From: Thermoanaerobaculia bacterium
Lineage (GTDB): Bacteria; Acidobacteriota; Thermoanaerobaculia; Multivoradales; J023
Direction: 5' to 3'
DNA length: 64,000 nt
NCBI GenBank assembly: GCA_028066595.1
Contig: JALCBJ010000011.1
Coordinates: 34,619 to 98,618 of the forward strand
Below are positions 38,313 through 48,692 of this stretch, piece by piece. The position numbers and the translations under genes were made by a program. How positions within the stretch are numbered: position 1 is the first letter of the stretch; every line of letters starts with the position of its first letter. The notes beneath the pieces are model-generated. The model had not been told where the DNA came from and ran no database searches. It saw only the letters and a program-made list of their open reading frames with translations.

Positions 38313-40933
38313 TCCTCCCGTAGCGCCAGCGCGGGAGAGGATCGTGACATCTTCCAGGCGGGGTAGAGACCTGCCAAGAGCGCGGCCACAAGTGCGAGAC
38401 CGAGAGCCTGCACCAACGCCATCGGTGGCAATTGATAGGCCAGGGTCCAGCCGAAAGACCGCTTGTTGATGACGTGGACGAGAAGGGCAGCAAGTGCCGC
38501 GCCCAACGGGAGTGAGAGAAGACCGGCGATCGACCCCATGACGCCGGTCTGGAGCGTCACCAGCCCCCATACTTGACCAGGAGTCAGTCCGGTGGCGCGC
38601 AGGACCCCCAGCTCACGCGCTCGTTCCAGCTGTAGTGCCATCAGCGCCGACAAGACGCCGAGAAATGCCACGCCGATGGCCAAGAGCCGGAGCACACCGG
38701 TGATGGCGAAAGTGCGGTCGAAGATCTCGAGGGACAGGCGCTTCAGCTCGGCGTTGGCCACGACGCGGGGAAGGGGTTCGTGATTGGGGCGGTCGGAGTG
38801 AACTTCCTCCAAGCGCCGTTCGAGGTCGTCGACGAAGTCGTCGATATTGCGGTCCGATGCCAAGAAGAGGCCCAGCGAGTGGTTCCGTTCGCCTGCGACG
38901 CGGAAGTGCTGCTCGAAGTGGTCGCGATGGAACGTGACGATGCCGCGGTCGGTGGCGTAATCCGAGTAGACGGCGAGGATCGGGAAATCACCAACACCGT
39001 CGTCCGCCATCAGGCGTATCGTGTCCCCGACCCCTAAGTCGCGGTGGTAGGCGAAGGGCTCGGAGACGAGGACGCCATGGCCGCTTGCGAACTGCTCGTA
39101 GAGGCCACGTTCGTCTCCTTCGAGGATGCGGAAGATGTCGAACCCTCGGCGGTCGACCCTGGTAGCCGCGAGCCGCGCAGGAATCGGATCCAAGGTACCG
39201 TCGGCTCGTTGGACCAGCGCTTGTGTGCGGTACTGGCTCACCACGGATTCCACTCCCGGTAGATCGGAGACGACTCGTGTCCAATGTGCACCTAGGGTTT
39301 GCGCAGGCCCTCCACTTCTCAGTTGGGCTGCGACGTAGACATCCGCCTGGAGCGTCGTCTCCAGCCAGTCCACGAGCGTTGCTCGGAACGACAAGATCAT
39401 CACTTGAACACCCAGAGTGGTCGCCACCGCCAAGGTCAGTGCTGCCATGGCGACGCCCGTACGCGACAGCGAGCCCGCCACACCCCTAGCGGCCATGCGC
39501 CCGAGGATTTTCTGGCCCACCAATCCGGCACCACGACCCATCAGAGGTGTTGCGAGATGGCTTGCGGCCACGGTCGCTGCCGGCACCAGTCCAGCGAATC
39601 CCAAGACGAAGACGAAGATGGCCGCGAAGGCAATGGGGAGGCTGCGGGAGGGCCAGGCCAGGAGTGCACTGGCCAGAAGACAGAGCAGCAGCCCTGCTGC
39701 GGCGAGCCGCGGCGCCGATCTCAAGGTCCTCTGTTCGAACTGCGACCGCAGCAGCGCCCAGCGGGGTGGCGACGTGGTGGCCTCGCGGGCGGGTGCCAGT
39801 GCCGCCAGCAGCGAGCCGCCGACGCCCAAGAGTCCACCCTTCGCCAGCGCCCGCAGATCGATCGATACGTTTTGTACTTCGACGGCGAAGTAAAGGTCGT
39901 TGATGGTTCGGACGACGAGACCCAGGAGTCCTTCCGCCAGCACCAGGCCGAGAACCAGGCCGACTGCCGTGGCGATGCCGCCGAGCACGGCGCCCTCCAG
40001 AAGTACCAGCGATAGGAGCTCGCGTCGCTGGACGCCCAGTGCCCGCAGCCGGCCCAACAGAGGTCTGCGTCGGACGACGCTGAAGGTCAGAGTGTTGTGG
40101 ACCAGGAAAACGCCGACGAGAAGAGCCAGCAGACTGAGCGCTTCGAGATTGAGCCGGAATGCGCGGGTCATCTGATCCAGAGCGCCGGATCGCGCTGCGA
40201 CCGGGCGGATCTCGATACCTTCGACGCTACCGGACCGCTCGGAAAGCCAAGATCGAATCGCGTCGGCCTCGCCGTCCACGAGACGCAGGTCGATGCGATC
40301 GAGCCGGCCGACCTGTCCGAGAAGCTCTTGTGCCGTCGCGACGTCTGCGACGAGCAGATCCCTGGCTGCGCGTCGCGCAAGCTCGTCGCGCGGCCGGATT
40401 CTCGACACCAAACGTACTACCGCGGTGCCGTTGGCGGTCGTGACTTCCAGGGAGTCGCCGACATCGACGCCGAGCTCGTCCGCCAGCGAAGCGGCCAGCG
40501 CTACGGTACGTGGCTCGACGAGGAGGTCTCCGAGCGCTCCGTCGTCGACGGAGAAGACATCGGCCCCTAGATCGCGCAACGCCGGCTCGGCGAAAGGATC
40601 GAGGCCCAGGAGGCGGAGTGAGCGCCTTGCATCTCCGATCGAGATCCTGCCCTCGACAACCGGCGCCGATCTGCGGGCCCAGGGCTCTCCCGAGGATCGC
40701 AACTCGGTGTAGAGCGACTCGTTCAGACCGTCCGGACCACCGATCACCTCGTGCGTCGTGCGGCCCGCGACGGCTTCGATCGCCAGGTCGAAAGCTCGTT
40801 CCGCGCTCGCGTTTGCCAGATCGATGCCGACGACGATAGACACCGCAAGGGCGACACCCAGCCCGGTAAGCCCGGTCTGCCATGGGTGACGTAGGAGGTG
40901 GCGCAGAAAGGTCCGACGAAGAATTCGGGTCAC
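38309..40933 (-). CDS. FtsX-like ABC transporter permease (AttF/G-like)
   Basis: Two MacB_PCD/FtsX halves; LRALG and ERARELGVLRATG motifs; coupled to the ATPase and lipocalin genes. Confidence 0.9.
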   Translation of the reverse strand: MTRILRRTFLRHLLRHPWQTGLTGLGVALAVSIVVGIDLANASAERAFDLAIEAVAGRTTHEVIGGPDGLNESLYTELRSSGEPWARRSAPVVEGRISIGDARRSLRLLGLDPFAEPALRDLGADVFSVDDGALGDLLVEPRTVALAASLADELGVDVGDSLEVTTANGTAVVRLVSRIRPRDELARRAARDLLVADVATAQELLGQVGRLDRIDLRLVDGEADAIRSWLSERSGSVEGIEIRPVAARSGALDQMTRAFRLNLEALSLLALLVGVFLVHNTLTFSVVRRRPLLGRLRALGVQRRELLSLVLLEGAVLGGIATAVGLVLGLVLAEGLLGLVVRTINDLYFAVEVQNVSIDLRALAKGGLLGVGGSLLAALAPAREATTSPPRWALLRSQFEQRTLRSAPRLAAAGLLLCLLASALLAWPSRSLPIAFAAIFVFVLGFAGLVPAATVAASHLATPLMGRGAGLVGQKILGRMAARGVAGSLSRTGVAMAALTLAVATTLGVQVMILSFRATLVDWLETTLQADVYVAAQLRSGGPAQTLGAHWTRVVSDLPGVESVVSQYRTQALVQRADGTLDPIPARLAATRVDRRGFDIFRILEGDERGLYEQFASGHGVLVSEPFAYHRDLGVGDTIRLMADDGVGDFPILAVYSDYATDRGIVTFHRDHFEQHFRVAGERNHSLGLFLASDRNIDDFVDDLERRLEEVHSDRPNHEPLPRVVANAELKRLSLEIFDRTFAITGVLRLLAIGVAFLGVLSALMALQLERARELGVLRATGLTPGQVWGLVTLQTGVMGSIAGLLSLPLGAALAALLVHVINKRSFGWTLAYQLPPMALVQALGLALVAALLAGLYPAWKMSRSSPALALREE

Positions 40934-41661
40934 AGTGTCACCGAGTTTGGCTCCGTCTCCAGCTTGCCCCCGTGAACCCGGACGATGCGGTCCCCCAGCC
41001 CCGCCACTGTACGGCTGTGGGTCGCCATCACGAGGGTCTTGCCTGTCGCTGCCAGCGTTTCTTGCAGCAGGGTCAGTACACCCTCGGCCGTTTCTTCATC
41101 GAGATTGCCCGTGGGTTCGTCGGCGAGCAATACGACCGGATCGTGTACCAGCGCTCGGGCGATGGCAACGCGTTGCTGTTCGCCTCCGGAGAGCACGTCG
41201 GGAAAGCTGCCTCGTCGACCCGCCAGGCCGACGCGGTCGAGCAACTCCAGAGCGCGTTTGGATTCTCGAGTGGTGGATCGGCCGGCCAGCTCCAGAGGCA
41301 GGAGGAGGTTCTCCTCCACCGTGAGGGTGGGGATCAGATTGAAGAACTGGAATACGAAACCGACCCGCATCCGGCGCAGCAAGGTGCGCTCTCGCTCGCT
41401 CAACCGCGCCAGGTCGGCACCTTCGAAACGAACAGAGCCCGATGTGGCCAGGTCGATGCCGGAGAGGAGGTTCAGCAATGTCGACTTGCCGGAACCACTG
41501 CGGCCGAGGAGCACGAGTCTCTCGCCGGCTGCGATCTGCAAGTCGACGGAATCGAGGACTGTTTGGCGAGACCCACCTTCATCGTAGATTTTGGTGACCG
41601 CTTGCAGCGAGAGAATCGGCTGCTGGTGGCTAGATGTGTCGAGTGTGGATGAGTGATTCAA
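40930..41661 (-). CDS. ABC transporter ATP-binding protein (LolD/MacB type)
   Basis: GRSGSGKST, LSGGEQQRVAIARAL, LADEPTGNLD, ATH. Confidence 0.95.
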   Translation of the reverse strand: MNHSSTLDTSSHQQPILSLQAVTKIYDEGGSRQTVLDSVDLQIAAGERLVLLGRSGSGKSTLLNLLSGIDLATSGSVRFEGADLARLSERERTLLRRMRVGFVFQFFNLIPTLTVEENLLLPLELAGRSTTRESKRALELLDRVGLAGRRGSFPDVLSGGEQQRVAIARALVHDPVVLLADEPTGNLDEETAEGVLTLLQETLAATGKTLVMATHSRTVAGLGDRIVRVHGGKLETEPNSVTL

Positions 41662-41839
41662 CGGGCCTCCTGAGTTGACAGCACCACCTTCGGCCTTTGG
41701 ACCGGAACGGATGCACCTGGCTGACTCACCGCGGTCCGGATCTCAACGATTTCATGAGTCCCACAGGAGTGATCTCGGCGAGTTCGTCAGAGGTCTCCGC
41801 ATCCGTCCTGATGGACTCAGGGTCTGACATCATGCGCGC

Positions 41840-42658
41840 ATGATCGAAGAACTCTTTTCCATCGGCCCATTCGCCATCACACCGTTCGGCCTGATGCTGG
41901 TGGCGGGTCTTCTGGCGGGCTACTGGCAGCTCCAACGCGGGATGAAGATCCTGGGAATCGGCGACGAGGACGACGCCAGCTCCATCGTGTTCGCCTGTGG
42001 GTTTCTGGGCATCTTGGGTGGCAAGATCTACTATGCCGTCCTGACGATGGATCCGGGAAGTCTACTGAGCCGCGCCGGCATTGTGTGGTACGGCTGCCTG
42101 ATCGGTGGCTTCGTGGGTTTGATGCTGGTTCTGCGCATGCGCCAGCTGCCGGTAGGTCTGACCTTCGACGCCACGGCGCCGGGGCTCGCTTTGGGATATT
42201 CGGTAGGTCGCGTGGGCTGCCTGTTGGTGGGCGACGATTATGGTGTCCCTACCGATTTGCCGTGGGCCATGGAATTTCCCGTAGGTCTGCCGCCCACAAC
42301 GGCGGGTAACCTGCGGGACTTTGGGGTCGACGTGCCGGCGAGTGTGCCCGACTACCAGCTGATGGCGGTACACCCGACGCAGATCTACTCGTCCCTCGCT
42401 GCCTTCGCGATCTTCCTCGTCGCCCAGCGCCTTCTTCGCTCTGGCAACTTTCGTCCCGGCGGCCTGTTCCTCAATGTCTTGGCGATGCTCTCGGTCGAGC
42501 GTTTCTTCGTCGAGTTCATTCGTGCCAAGGACGATCGTTTTCTAGGATCGTTCACCGTGGCGCAGCTGATCTCGGTGATCATCCTGGCTATCTTGGGAGT
42601 CCTCTGGCTGCGGCGCCGACGCTCTTCGACGCCGACCGTCGCCGAGTCCAGTCGATGA
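41840..42658 (+). CDS. lgt: Prolipoprotein diacylglyceryl transferase
   Basis: Multi-TM; [22 protein letters not shown]…[19 protein letters not shown]. Confidence 0.88.
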   Translation: MIEELFSIGPFAITPFGLMLVAGLLAGYWQLQRGMKILGIGDEDDASSIVFACGFLGILGGKIYYAVLTMDPGSLLSRAGIVWYGCLIGGFVGLMLVLRMRQLPVGLTFDATAPGLALGYSVGRVGCLLVGDDYGVPTDLPWAMEFPVGLPPTTAGNLRDFGVDVPASVPDYQLMAVHPTQIYSSLAAFAIFLVAQRLLRSGNFRPGGLFLNVLAMLSVERFFVEFIRAKDDRFLGSFTVAQLISVIILAILGVLWLRRRRSSTPTVAESSR

Positions 42659-43494
42659 GCCAGCCGCCGCGGCTGTTGACCATCGCGGGTTCGGATTCCG
42701 GGGGAGGAGCGGGAATACAGGCCGACCTCAAGACCTTCGCCGCCCATGGCGCCTACGGCATGTCGGTGATCACTGCGGTCACTGCACAGGACACCCGGAC
42801 GGTTCATTCGGTCCACCCCATACCGGCGGACGTCGTGGTGCAGCAGATCGACGCGGTGTTCGACGACTTGGGTGTCGACGCGGTGAAGATCGGAATGTTG
42901 GCGGACGAGGATCTCGTTCGCGCCGTGGCGCAGCGATTGCGCCACCACCAACCTAGGCACGTCGTGTTGGATCCGGTGATGGTGGCCAAGTCCGGAGACG
43001 CGTTGCTCTCGGATTCCGCCGTGACAGCGCTCACCGAGCACTTGCTCCCGGTCGCCACACTGGTAACGCCGAATCTGCCAGAAGCCGAGCGCCTCACCGG
43101 ACTCGATCTGTCAGCGGAGGAAGGGTTCGAGGAGGCTCGTGCTGCCGCAGCCCGACTGATCGCAGCCATGGCGTCGCAGGAGTCGCAACCCGCGGTGTTG
43201 ATCAAGGGCGGACATGGTCGGCAAGACGAGGTGGTCGACCTGCTGTTCGCCGGCGGCCAGCGCTTTCGTTGGGTCCACAGTCGCCAGCGAACGTCGTCGA
43301 CCCACGGCACCGGCTGTACGCTTTCGTCGGCGATCGCAGCTCGTCTGGCGCGCGGTGACGATCTGCCTGCCGCCGTCGGCGGCGCCATCGGATACCTGCA
43401 AGGTGCGATCGCTGCAGCCTTTCCCATGGGCGGCGGTCACGGTCCGGTCAATCATCTACATCGACTTCTCCGGACTGCATCCGGGGACCCGTGA
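42655..43494 (+). CDS. thiD: Hydroxymethylpyrimidine/phosphomethylpyrimidine kinase
   Basis: [60 protein letters not shown]. Confidence 0.95.
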   Translation: MSQPPRLLTIAGSDSGGGAGIQADLKTFAAHGAYGMSVITAVTAQDTRTVHSVHPIPADVVVQQIDAVFDDLGVDAVKIGMLADEDLVRAVAQRLRHHQPRHVVLDPVMVAKSGDALLSDSAVTALTEHLLPVATLVTPNLPEAERLTGLDLSAEEGFEEARAAAARLIAAMASQESQPAVLIKGGHGRQDEVVDLLFAGGQRFRWVHSRQRTSSTHGTGCTLSSAIAARLARGDDLPAAVGGAIGYLQGAIAAAFPMGGGHGPVNHLHRLLRTASGDP

Positions 43495-43618
43495 ACGGCG
43501 CGAGTCCCACGCAGATCGCCTGAGCGACCGGCTAGTCCCTCAGGTCCCCTATAATCGAGGACCCGGCGACGCTTGACCTGTGCTCTCCTGCCATAGAGAT
43601 CGAACTCAGAGAGATACC

Positions 43619-45346
43619 ATGCTTCCAACTGCCCGTTTCTGCGCGACGTATCGCTCGGTCAGCGTGATCTTGTGTTGGCTGGTTGTTTTACTTGCAGGGC
43701 CGGCCTGCGCCGAGGAGAACGACGAGAGTGCCGAGCAAGAGTCGTTTTTCGGCGAGGTGGTCGACGTCAATCTGGTGAACGTAGAGGTCTACGTCACAGA
43801 CAAGCAAGGACACCGCATCAGTGGTCTGACGAAGGACGATTTCGTCCTCGAAGTGGACAAGACGCCGGTCGCGATCACGAATTTCTATGCCGTCGAAAAC
43901 GGGAGGCCGGTCGGAGTCGACGCCCACGCCGTCGTGGAAACTCTGGATCGTCCTGATCTACCGACGCCAGGAAGGCGTTTGGAAGCGGAAGACTCCCGTC
44001 CGGAAGATCAGCAGCTACATCTGATCGTCTACATCGACAACTTCAATCTCAAGCCGTTCAGCCGCAACCGCGTGCTGCGCAACACCCGCACTTGGTTGCG
44101 TCAGAACGTGCAGCTCGGTGACAAGGTCATGCTGGTGACCTACGAGCGTTCGCTGCACGTGCGTCATCCGTTCACTCGTGATCCAGAGCTGATCGCCAAC
44201 GCGACCTACGAGCTCGAGGATATTTCTGCTCACCGCATCCACTACGAGTCGGAGCGGCGACAGATCATGGACGAGATCTACAACGATGCGGAGAACGCCC
44301 AGTCGATCTACGGTCGGGTTCGTCAATATGCCGAGTCGATCAGCAACGACATGGCGTTCACACTCGACGCCTTGAAGGATCAGGTCGATAGCTTGGCAGG
44401 ACTGCCTGGGCGCAAGGCGATTCTCTACGTCTCGGAGGGACTGCCCTGGAGCCCGGCGGAGGATGCGTTCCACGCGGTAGCCCAGCAGTTCGACCAGACC
44501 TCGGTGCTGATGGAAACCCATCGTTTCGACCTGAACCGCAAGTACCAGGCTCTGATCTCCACAGCCAACGCCAACCGGGTGACGTTCTACACGATCGACG
44601 CTGCAGGTCTCCGTACCTACACCTACATGGACGCGGCGAATCAGACGGCAGGGGGCGGTGCCAATATCGACCAGATCCACTTCTCCAACATGCAGAACAC
44701 GCTGCGCTTTCTAGCCGAGGAAACCGGTGGCATCGCCATGCTCAACACCAACAACTTCCTCCCCATGATGGAGCGGATGGGAGACGACTTTCGTAGCTAC
44801 TACTCCTTGGGCTTTCCGGCCGTAGGGCGGTCCGGGCGCTACCACAGGATCCGGGTTCGGTTGAAAGAGGACCGTAAGGGAGTTCGCCTGCGCTATCGTG
44901 AAGGATTCCGCGACAAGCCGGTGAACGCACGGATGACCGAGGCGACCTTGGCGGCACTTCACTACGGCTATCAGAAGAACGAGCTGGGAGTAGAGCTCCA
45001 GGCCACCAAGGCCACGCGTCAGGAAGATGGTCAGTATCTGGTGCCCTTGGTGGTCAGCATCCCGATCGGTCAGCTCGCCCTTTTGCCCCAGGAAGGGATG
45101 CACCGAGGCCGCGTGAAGCTCTTCGTAGCCGCCAAGGATCTCGACGGCGGTGTCGCACCGGTCCAGGAGGTCCCGGTCCCCATCGACATCCCTGCCTCTG
45201 ACATCGAACAGGCGAAAGGCCAGTACTATCAATACACACTGACCATGCTGATGCGCAAAGGCCGCCAGGTCGTGTCGGTAACGGCGCGAGACGAGATCGG
45301 AGCCACGGTTGGTGTTGTCTCCACCAGCGTCGGCGTCGGTGTCTGA
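43619..45346 (+). CDS. Secreted VWFA-related (Acidobacterial-type) protein
   Basis: Signal peptide; VDVNLVNVEVYVTDKQG…GLTKDDF, LPGRKAILYVSEG, LAEETGG, SYYSLGF. TATAAT at 43550-55 upstream. Confidence 0.88.
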   Translation: MLPTARFCATYRSVSVILCWLVVLLAGPACAEENDESAEQESFFGEVVDVNLVNVEVYVTDKQGHRISGLTKDDFVLEVDKTPVAITNFYAVENGRPVGVDAHAVVETLDRPDLPTPGRRLEAEDSRPEDQQLHLIVYIDNFNLKPFSRNRVLRNTRTWLRQNVQLGDKVMLVTYERSLHVRHPFTRDPELIANATYELEDISAHRIHYESERRQIMDEIYNDAENAQSIYGRVRQYAESISNDMAFTLDALKDQVDSLAGLPGRKAILYVSEGLPWSPAEDAFHAVAQQFDQTSVLMETHRFDLNRKYQALISTANANRVTFYTIDAAGLRTYTYMDAANQTAGGGANIDQIHFSNMQNTLRFLAEETGGIAMLNTNNFLPMMERMGDDFRSYYSLGFPAVGRSGRYHRIRVRLKEDRKGVRLRYREGFRDKPVNARMTEATLAALHYGYQKNELGVELQATKATRQEDGQYLVPLVVSIPIGQLALLPQEGMHRGRVKLFVAAKDLDGGVAPVQEVPVPIDIPASDIEQAKGQYYQYTLTMLMRKGRQVVSVTARDEIGATVGVVSTSVGVGV

Positions 45347-45410
45347 TCCTGCCGAGATCGGACGGTCGTCTGTTGAGAACTAGGTCCGAGCCGAAAGAGC
45401 GATCCCCACG

Positions 45411-45851
45411 ATGAGTCGAACCACATGGATCGGTGCTTTCCGCGCTCTCGGCGAAGCTGTCCTCGGCCTCGTTCGCGCCGAGGTCGACGCCCTATTCGAG
45501 GAGTGGAAGAGAGCCGGCGTCGAGCTGGCCAAGATTCTTGCCCTCCTGTTCTTCGCCCTGCTGATCTTCGTATATTTGCCGTTTCTGGGCCTGTTTGCGG
45601 CGGTAGACGGCGTAGCCGCCTGGTGGGGCTGGCCGATGTGGGCTGCGGCACTGGCAGTGCTCGGCTTCGCCGTGCTTTTTCTGGGGTTGCTCGGAGGCAT
45701 CGTCGCATGGATCTGGAACCGGCGGCTGGAGGCTCCTACCGCCAGCCTCCAGCGCCGTCTCGACGACCACGGTGAGTGGTGGCAGCGTCGGGTCTACTTC
45801 GAGCAGCAGGCCATGGAATCCACCGCGCAGAGCTCAGGAGACGAGGAATGA
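45411..45851 (+). CDS. 'Phage holin family' (YqjE/DUF1469-like) membrane protein
   Basis: LVRAEVDAL…E.K followed by two TMs; typical chromosomal arrangement, no phage genes nearby. Confidence 0.65.
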   Translation: MSRTTWIGAFRALGEAVLGLVRAEVDALFEEWKRAGVELAKILALLFFALLIFVYLPFLGLFAAVDGVAAWWGWPMWAAALAVLGFAVLFLGLLGGIVAWIWNRRLEAPTASLQRRLDDHGEWWQRRVYFEQQAMESTAQSSGDEE

Positions 45852-46099
45852 ACGAAGCCGGCAGAGGTGGGAAGAAACAGCCACGCCACTTGCAGCGAGT
45901 AGAAGAGGCTCGTCGCGAAGTCGAGGCGCGCGTCGACGACCTGCGAACGGCCCTCGATCGGGAGTTGAAGTGGCTGCCCCGCGGCAGATCCTGGACTTTG
46001 CCGCTGGTGGGCCTGGCTGTCGGCGTGGTATTGGCATTGGGTCGGACGCGGGGTAGGGATTCTCGGCGTGCATCCGACGGATCCGACGCCGAGGCGTGA
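45848..46099 (+). CDS. Small coiled-coil + C-terminal TM protein (DUF3618/YqjK-like)
   Basis: ATGA overlap; EEARREVEARVDDLR helix followed by a hydrophobic tail. Confidence 0.55.
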   Translation: MNEAGRGGKKQPRHLQRVEEARREVEARVDDLRTALDRELKWLPRGRSWTLPLVGLAVGVVLALGRTRGRDSRRASDGSDAEA

Positions 46100-46197
46100 T
46101 TCGGATCTCTTGCACGCCGCCCGGGGGGACGATCAGCACGTCATGACCAGTCGACGAGTTCCCATTCTGGCGCCGGGCATGGTAGAAAGCCCTCGCC

Positions 46198-48015
46198 ATG
46201 AAAGTCCTGGGTATCTCCTGCTTCTACCACGACGCCGCCGCTTGCCTGCTGGTCGACGGGGAGGTCGTGGCCGCGGCCTCAGAGGAGCGGTTCACGCGCA
46301 TCAAACAGGACCCCGAGTTTCCCCACGAAGCGATTCGTTTCTGTCTGGGGCGTGGCGGTCTCCGTGAATCCGATCTCGATCTGGTCGCCTTTTACGACAA
46401 GCCGTTCCTCAAGTTCGAGCGTATCCTGGAAACGTATATTGCGGCCGCTCCCGCGGGCCTGCCCTCGTTTCTTCAGGCGATTCCTCTCTGGATCAAGAAG
46501 AAACTCTTCATTCCGACGCTGATCGAACGGGCCCTGCCGGGGTTCGAGGGGCAGATGCTCTTCCCGGAGCACCACGAGTCACACGCGGCCTCGGCGTTCT
46601 TCCCGTCGCCCTACGAGTCGGCTGCCTTTCTGACCATCGACGGCGTCGGCGAGTGGGCTACCACCAGTTTTGGAGCTGGCCGGGGCCATGAGTTGGAGAT
46701 CTCGCACGAGATCCATTTTCCCCACTCCGTTGGCCTGCTGTATTCGGCCTTCACGTACTACACCGGATTCAAGGTCAACTCGGGTGAGTACAAGGTCATG
46801 GGTCTGGCGCCGTATGGCGAGCCGAAATACGTCGATACCATCCTCGAGCATCTCGTAGATCTCAAGCCGGACGGCTCGTTCCGTCTCGACATGCGCTACT
46901 TCGACTATGTGTCGGGTCTGCGGATGACCAACGAGCGTTTCGACGAGCTCTTCGGCGGTCCACCGCGCCAGCCGGAGTCGGAGCTGACCCAGCGCGAGAT
47001 GGATCTGGCCCGTTCGATTCAAGTCGTGTGCGAGCGCATCATGCTGCGCATGGCCGACCACGTTCACGAGACGACGGGTGAGAAGAATCTGGTGCTCGCC
47101 GGCGGTGTGGCGCTGAATTGCGTTGGCAACGGTCGGGTGCTGCGTGAGTCCAAGTTCGACGACATCTGGATCCAGCCTGCTGCTGGCGATGCCGGTGGAG
47201 CCCTCGGAGCAGCACTGGCAGCCTGGCACATGTATCTCGGTAAGCCGCGCGAAGTGCCGCCCAGAGGTAGCGCGAATGGCTCGTACTTCGGACCCGACTT
47301 CACCGATCAGCAGATCACCTCCATCCTCGATGAGTTCGGTGCGAAGTATCACAAGGTCGAGCTGGAGGAGTTGCCAGGCAAGGTCGCGGGTCTGATCGCC
47401 GACCACAAAGTCATCGGCTGGTTCCAGGGACGGATGGAGTTCGGACCCCGTGCGCTCGGTTCACGTTCCATTCTCGGAGACCCGCGTTCCGAGAAGATGC
47501 AGTCGGTGATGAATCTCAAGATCAAGTATCGGGAGTCGTTCCGGCCGTTCGCACCCTCGGTGCTCTACGACCGTGTCTCCGACTGGTTCGAGATCGACCG
47601 TGAAAGCCCTTACATGCTGTTGGTGGCGCCGGTGGCGACGGACAAGCAACTGCAGATGAGCGACGAGCAACATCGGCTCTTCGGCATCGACAAGTTGAAC
47701 GTGCCGCGGTCGGAGATCCCAGCGGTCACCCACGTGGACTATTCGGCGCGCGTCCAGACCGTCCACCCCGATGACAATCAGCTCTACTACGACCTCATCC
47801 GGTCCTTTCATGATCTGACCGGCTGTCCGGTGGTGATCAATACCTCCTTCAACGTTCGCGGCGAGCCCATCGTCTGCGATCCGCGCCACGCCTACACCTG
47901 CTTCATGAGAACCGAGATGGACGTCTTGGTCTGTGGACCTTACCTCCTGTTCAAGAAGGATCAGCCGGAACTCCAGGAGGACGGCGATTGGCGTGACGAG
48001 TTCGAGCTCGATTGA
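46198..48015 (+). CDS. O-carbamoyltransferase, NodU/CmcH/TobZ family (SxtI-like)
   Basis: YHDAAA, EERFTRIK, EHHESHAAS, IDGVGE, GEYKVMGLAPYG, GGVALNC, MEFGPRALG.RS, RESFRPFAP, NTSFNVRGEPIV. Confidence 0.95.
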   Translation: MKVLGISCFYHDAAACLLVDGEVVAAASEERFTRIKQDPEFPHEAIRFCLGRGGLRESDLDLVAFYDKPFLKFERILETYIAAAPAGLPSFLQAIPLWIKKKLFIPTLIERALPGFEGQMLFPEHHESHAASAFFPSPYESAAFLTIDGVGEWATTSFGAGRGHELEISHEIHFPHSVGLLYSAFTYYTGFKVNSGEYKVMGLAPYGEPKYVDTILEHLVDLKPDGSFRLDMRYFDYVSGLRMTNERFDELFGGPPRQPESELTQREMDLARSIQVVCERIMLRMADHVHETTGEKNLVLAGGVALNCVGNGRVLRESKFDDIWIQPAAGDAGGALGAALAAWHMYLGKPREVPPRGSANGSYFGPDFTDQQITSILDEFGAKYHKVELEELPGKVAGLIADHKVIGWFQGRMEFGPRALGSRSILGDPRSEKMQSVMNLKIKYRESFRPFAPSVLYDRVSDWFEIDRESPYMLLVAPVATDKQLQMSDEQHRLFGIDKLNVPRSEIPAVTHVDYSARVQTVHPDDNQLYYDLIRSFHDLTGCPVVINTSFNVRGEPIVCDPRHAYTCFMRTEMDVLVCGPYLLFKKDQPELQEDGDWRDEFELD

Positions 48016-48027
48016 CGCGGAAAGTGC

Positions 48028-48450
48028 ATGATGTCGATACGTGACGATTTTTCAGCTCTGCCCTCCGGTCTTTCGGAATGGCGTAAGTTCGGCCTGCTCG
48101 TGGGAGCGGTCTTCCTGGCCATCGGCGCCTTCGTTTGGTGGCGCGACGTTTCCTGGTGGGTCGTTCCGGTGGTGCTCGGAGCGCCGCTCGTCCTTCTCGG
48201 TGCGGTCTTCCCCCGCTCGCTGCGTGTGGCCTATCTCGGCTGGATGTTTCTGGCCGTCGTGCTGGGTTTCTTCGTCACACGTATCATTCTGACTGTCTTC
48301 TTTTTCCTCGTGATCACTCCCGTCGCTCTGTTCTTCAAACTGATCGGTCGCGATGCCCTCCATCGCAAGCTCGATCGCGAGGCAGAGACTTACTGGATCA
48401 CGAAGCATTACCCCATCGCCGATCGTAGCCGGTTCGAGAAGTTCTTCTAG
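48028..48450 (+). CDS. SxtJ-family membrane protein
   Basis: RKFG, hydrophobic hairpins, YLGWM, RIILTVFFFLVITP, GRD.L, TYW, C-terminal FEKFF; directly follows the carbamoyltransferase. Confidence 0.85.
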   Translation: MMSIRDDFSALPSGLSEWRKFGLLVGAVFLAIGAFVWWRDVSWWVVPVVLGAPLVLLGAVFPRSLRVAYLGWMFLAVVLGFFVTRIILTVFFFLVITPVALFFKLIGRDALHRKLDREAETYWITKHYPIADRSRFEKFF

Positions 48451-48481
48451 ACTCGTTCCTGCTCCTCTGGAGATTCTCCTC

Positions 48482-48634
48482 ATGTCCGTTTTCCTCAAGC
48501 AGTTCTGGGAATTCCTTCGTGTACGCAAGAAGTGGTGGCTGGGACCGATCATCGGCATGCTCCTGCTGCTCGGCCTGCTGATCTTCTTCACGCAGGGCTC
48601 GGCGTTGATGCCTTTTGTCTACACTCTCTTCTGA
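48482..48634 (+). CDS. DUF5989 / SxtK-like single-TM microprotein (50 aa)
   Basis: MSVFLKQFWEFLRVRKKWWLGPIIGMLLLLGLLIFFTQGSALMPFVYTLF; GGAG upstream. Confidence 0.88.
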   Translation: MSVFLKQFWEFLRVRKKWWLGPIIGMLLLLGLLIFFTQGSALMPFVYTLF

Positions 48635-48692
48635 GCTCGGACCCTCACCTTCCGATTCCCGGGTTCCGGCCGAGGAAACGGGGAGCGGGGGC

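Noticed and set aside
45411-46099. Prophage lysis module
   Set aside because: YqjE-like 'holin' family genes are ordinary chromosomal genes; no endolysin, integrase or structural genes are nearby.
46198-48634. Saxitoxin biosynthesis cluster
   Set aside because: Only the sxtI/J/K-like cassette is present; no sxtA, sxtG or other core genes, and the context is glycosyltransferases.
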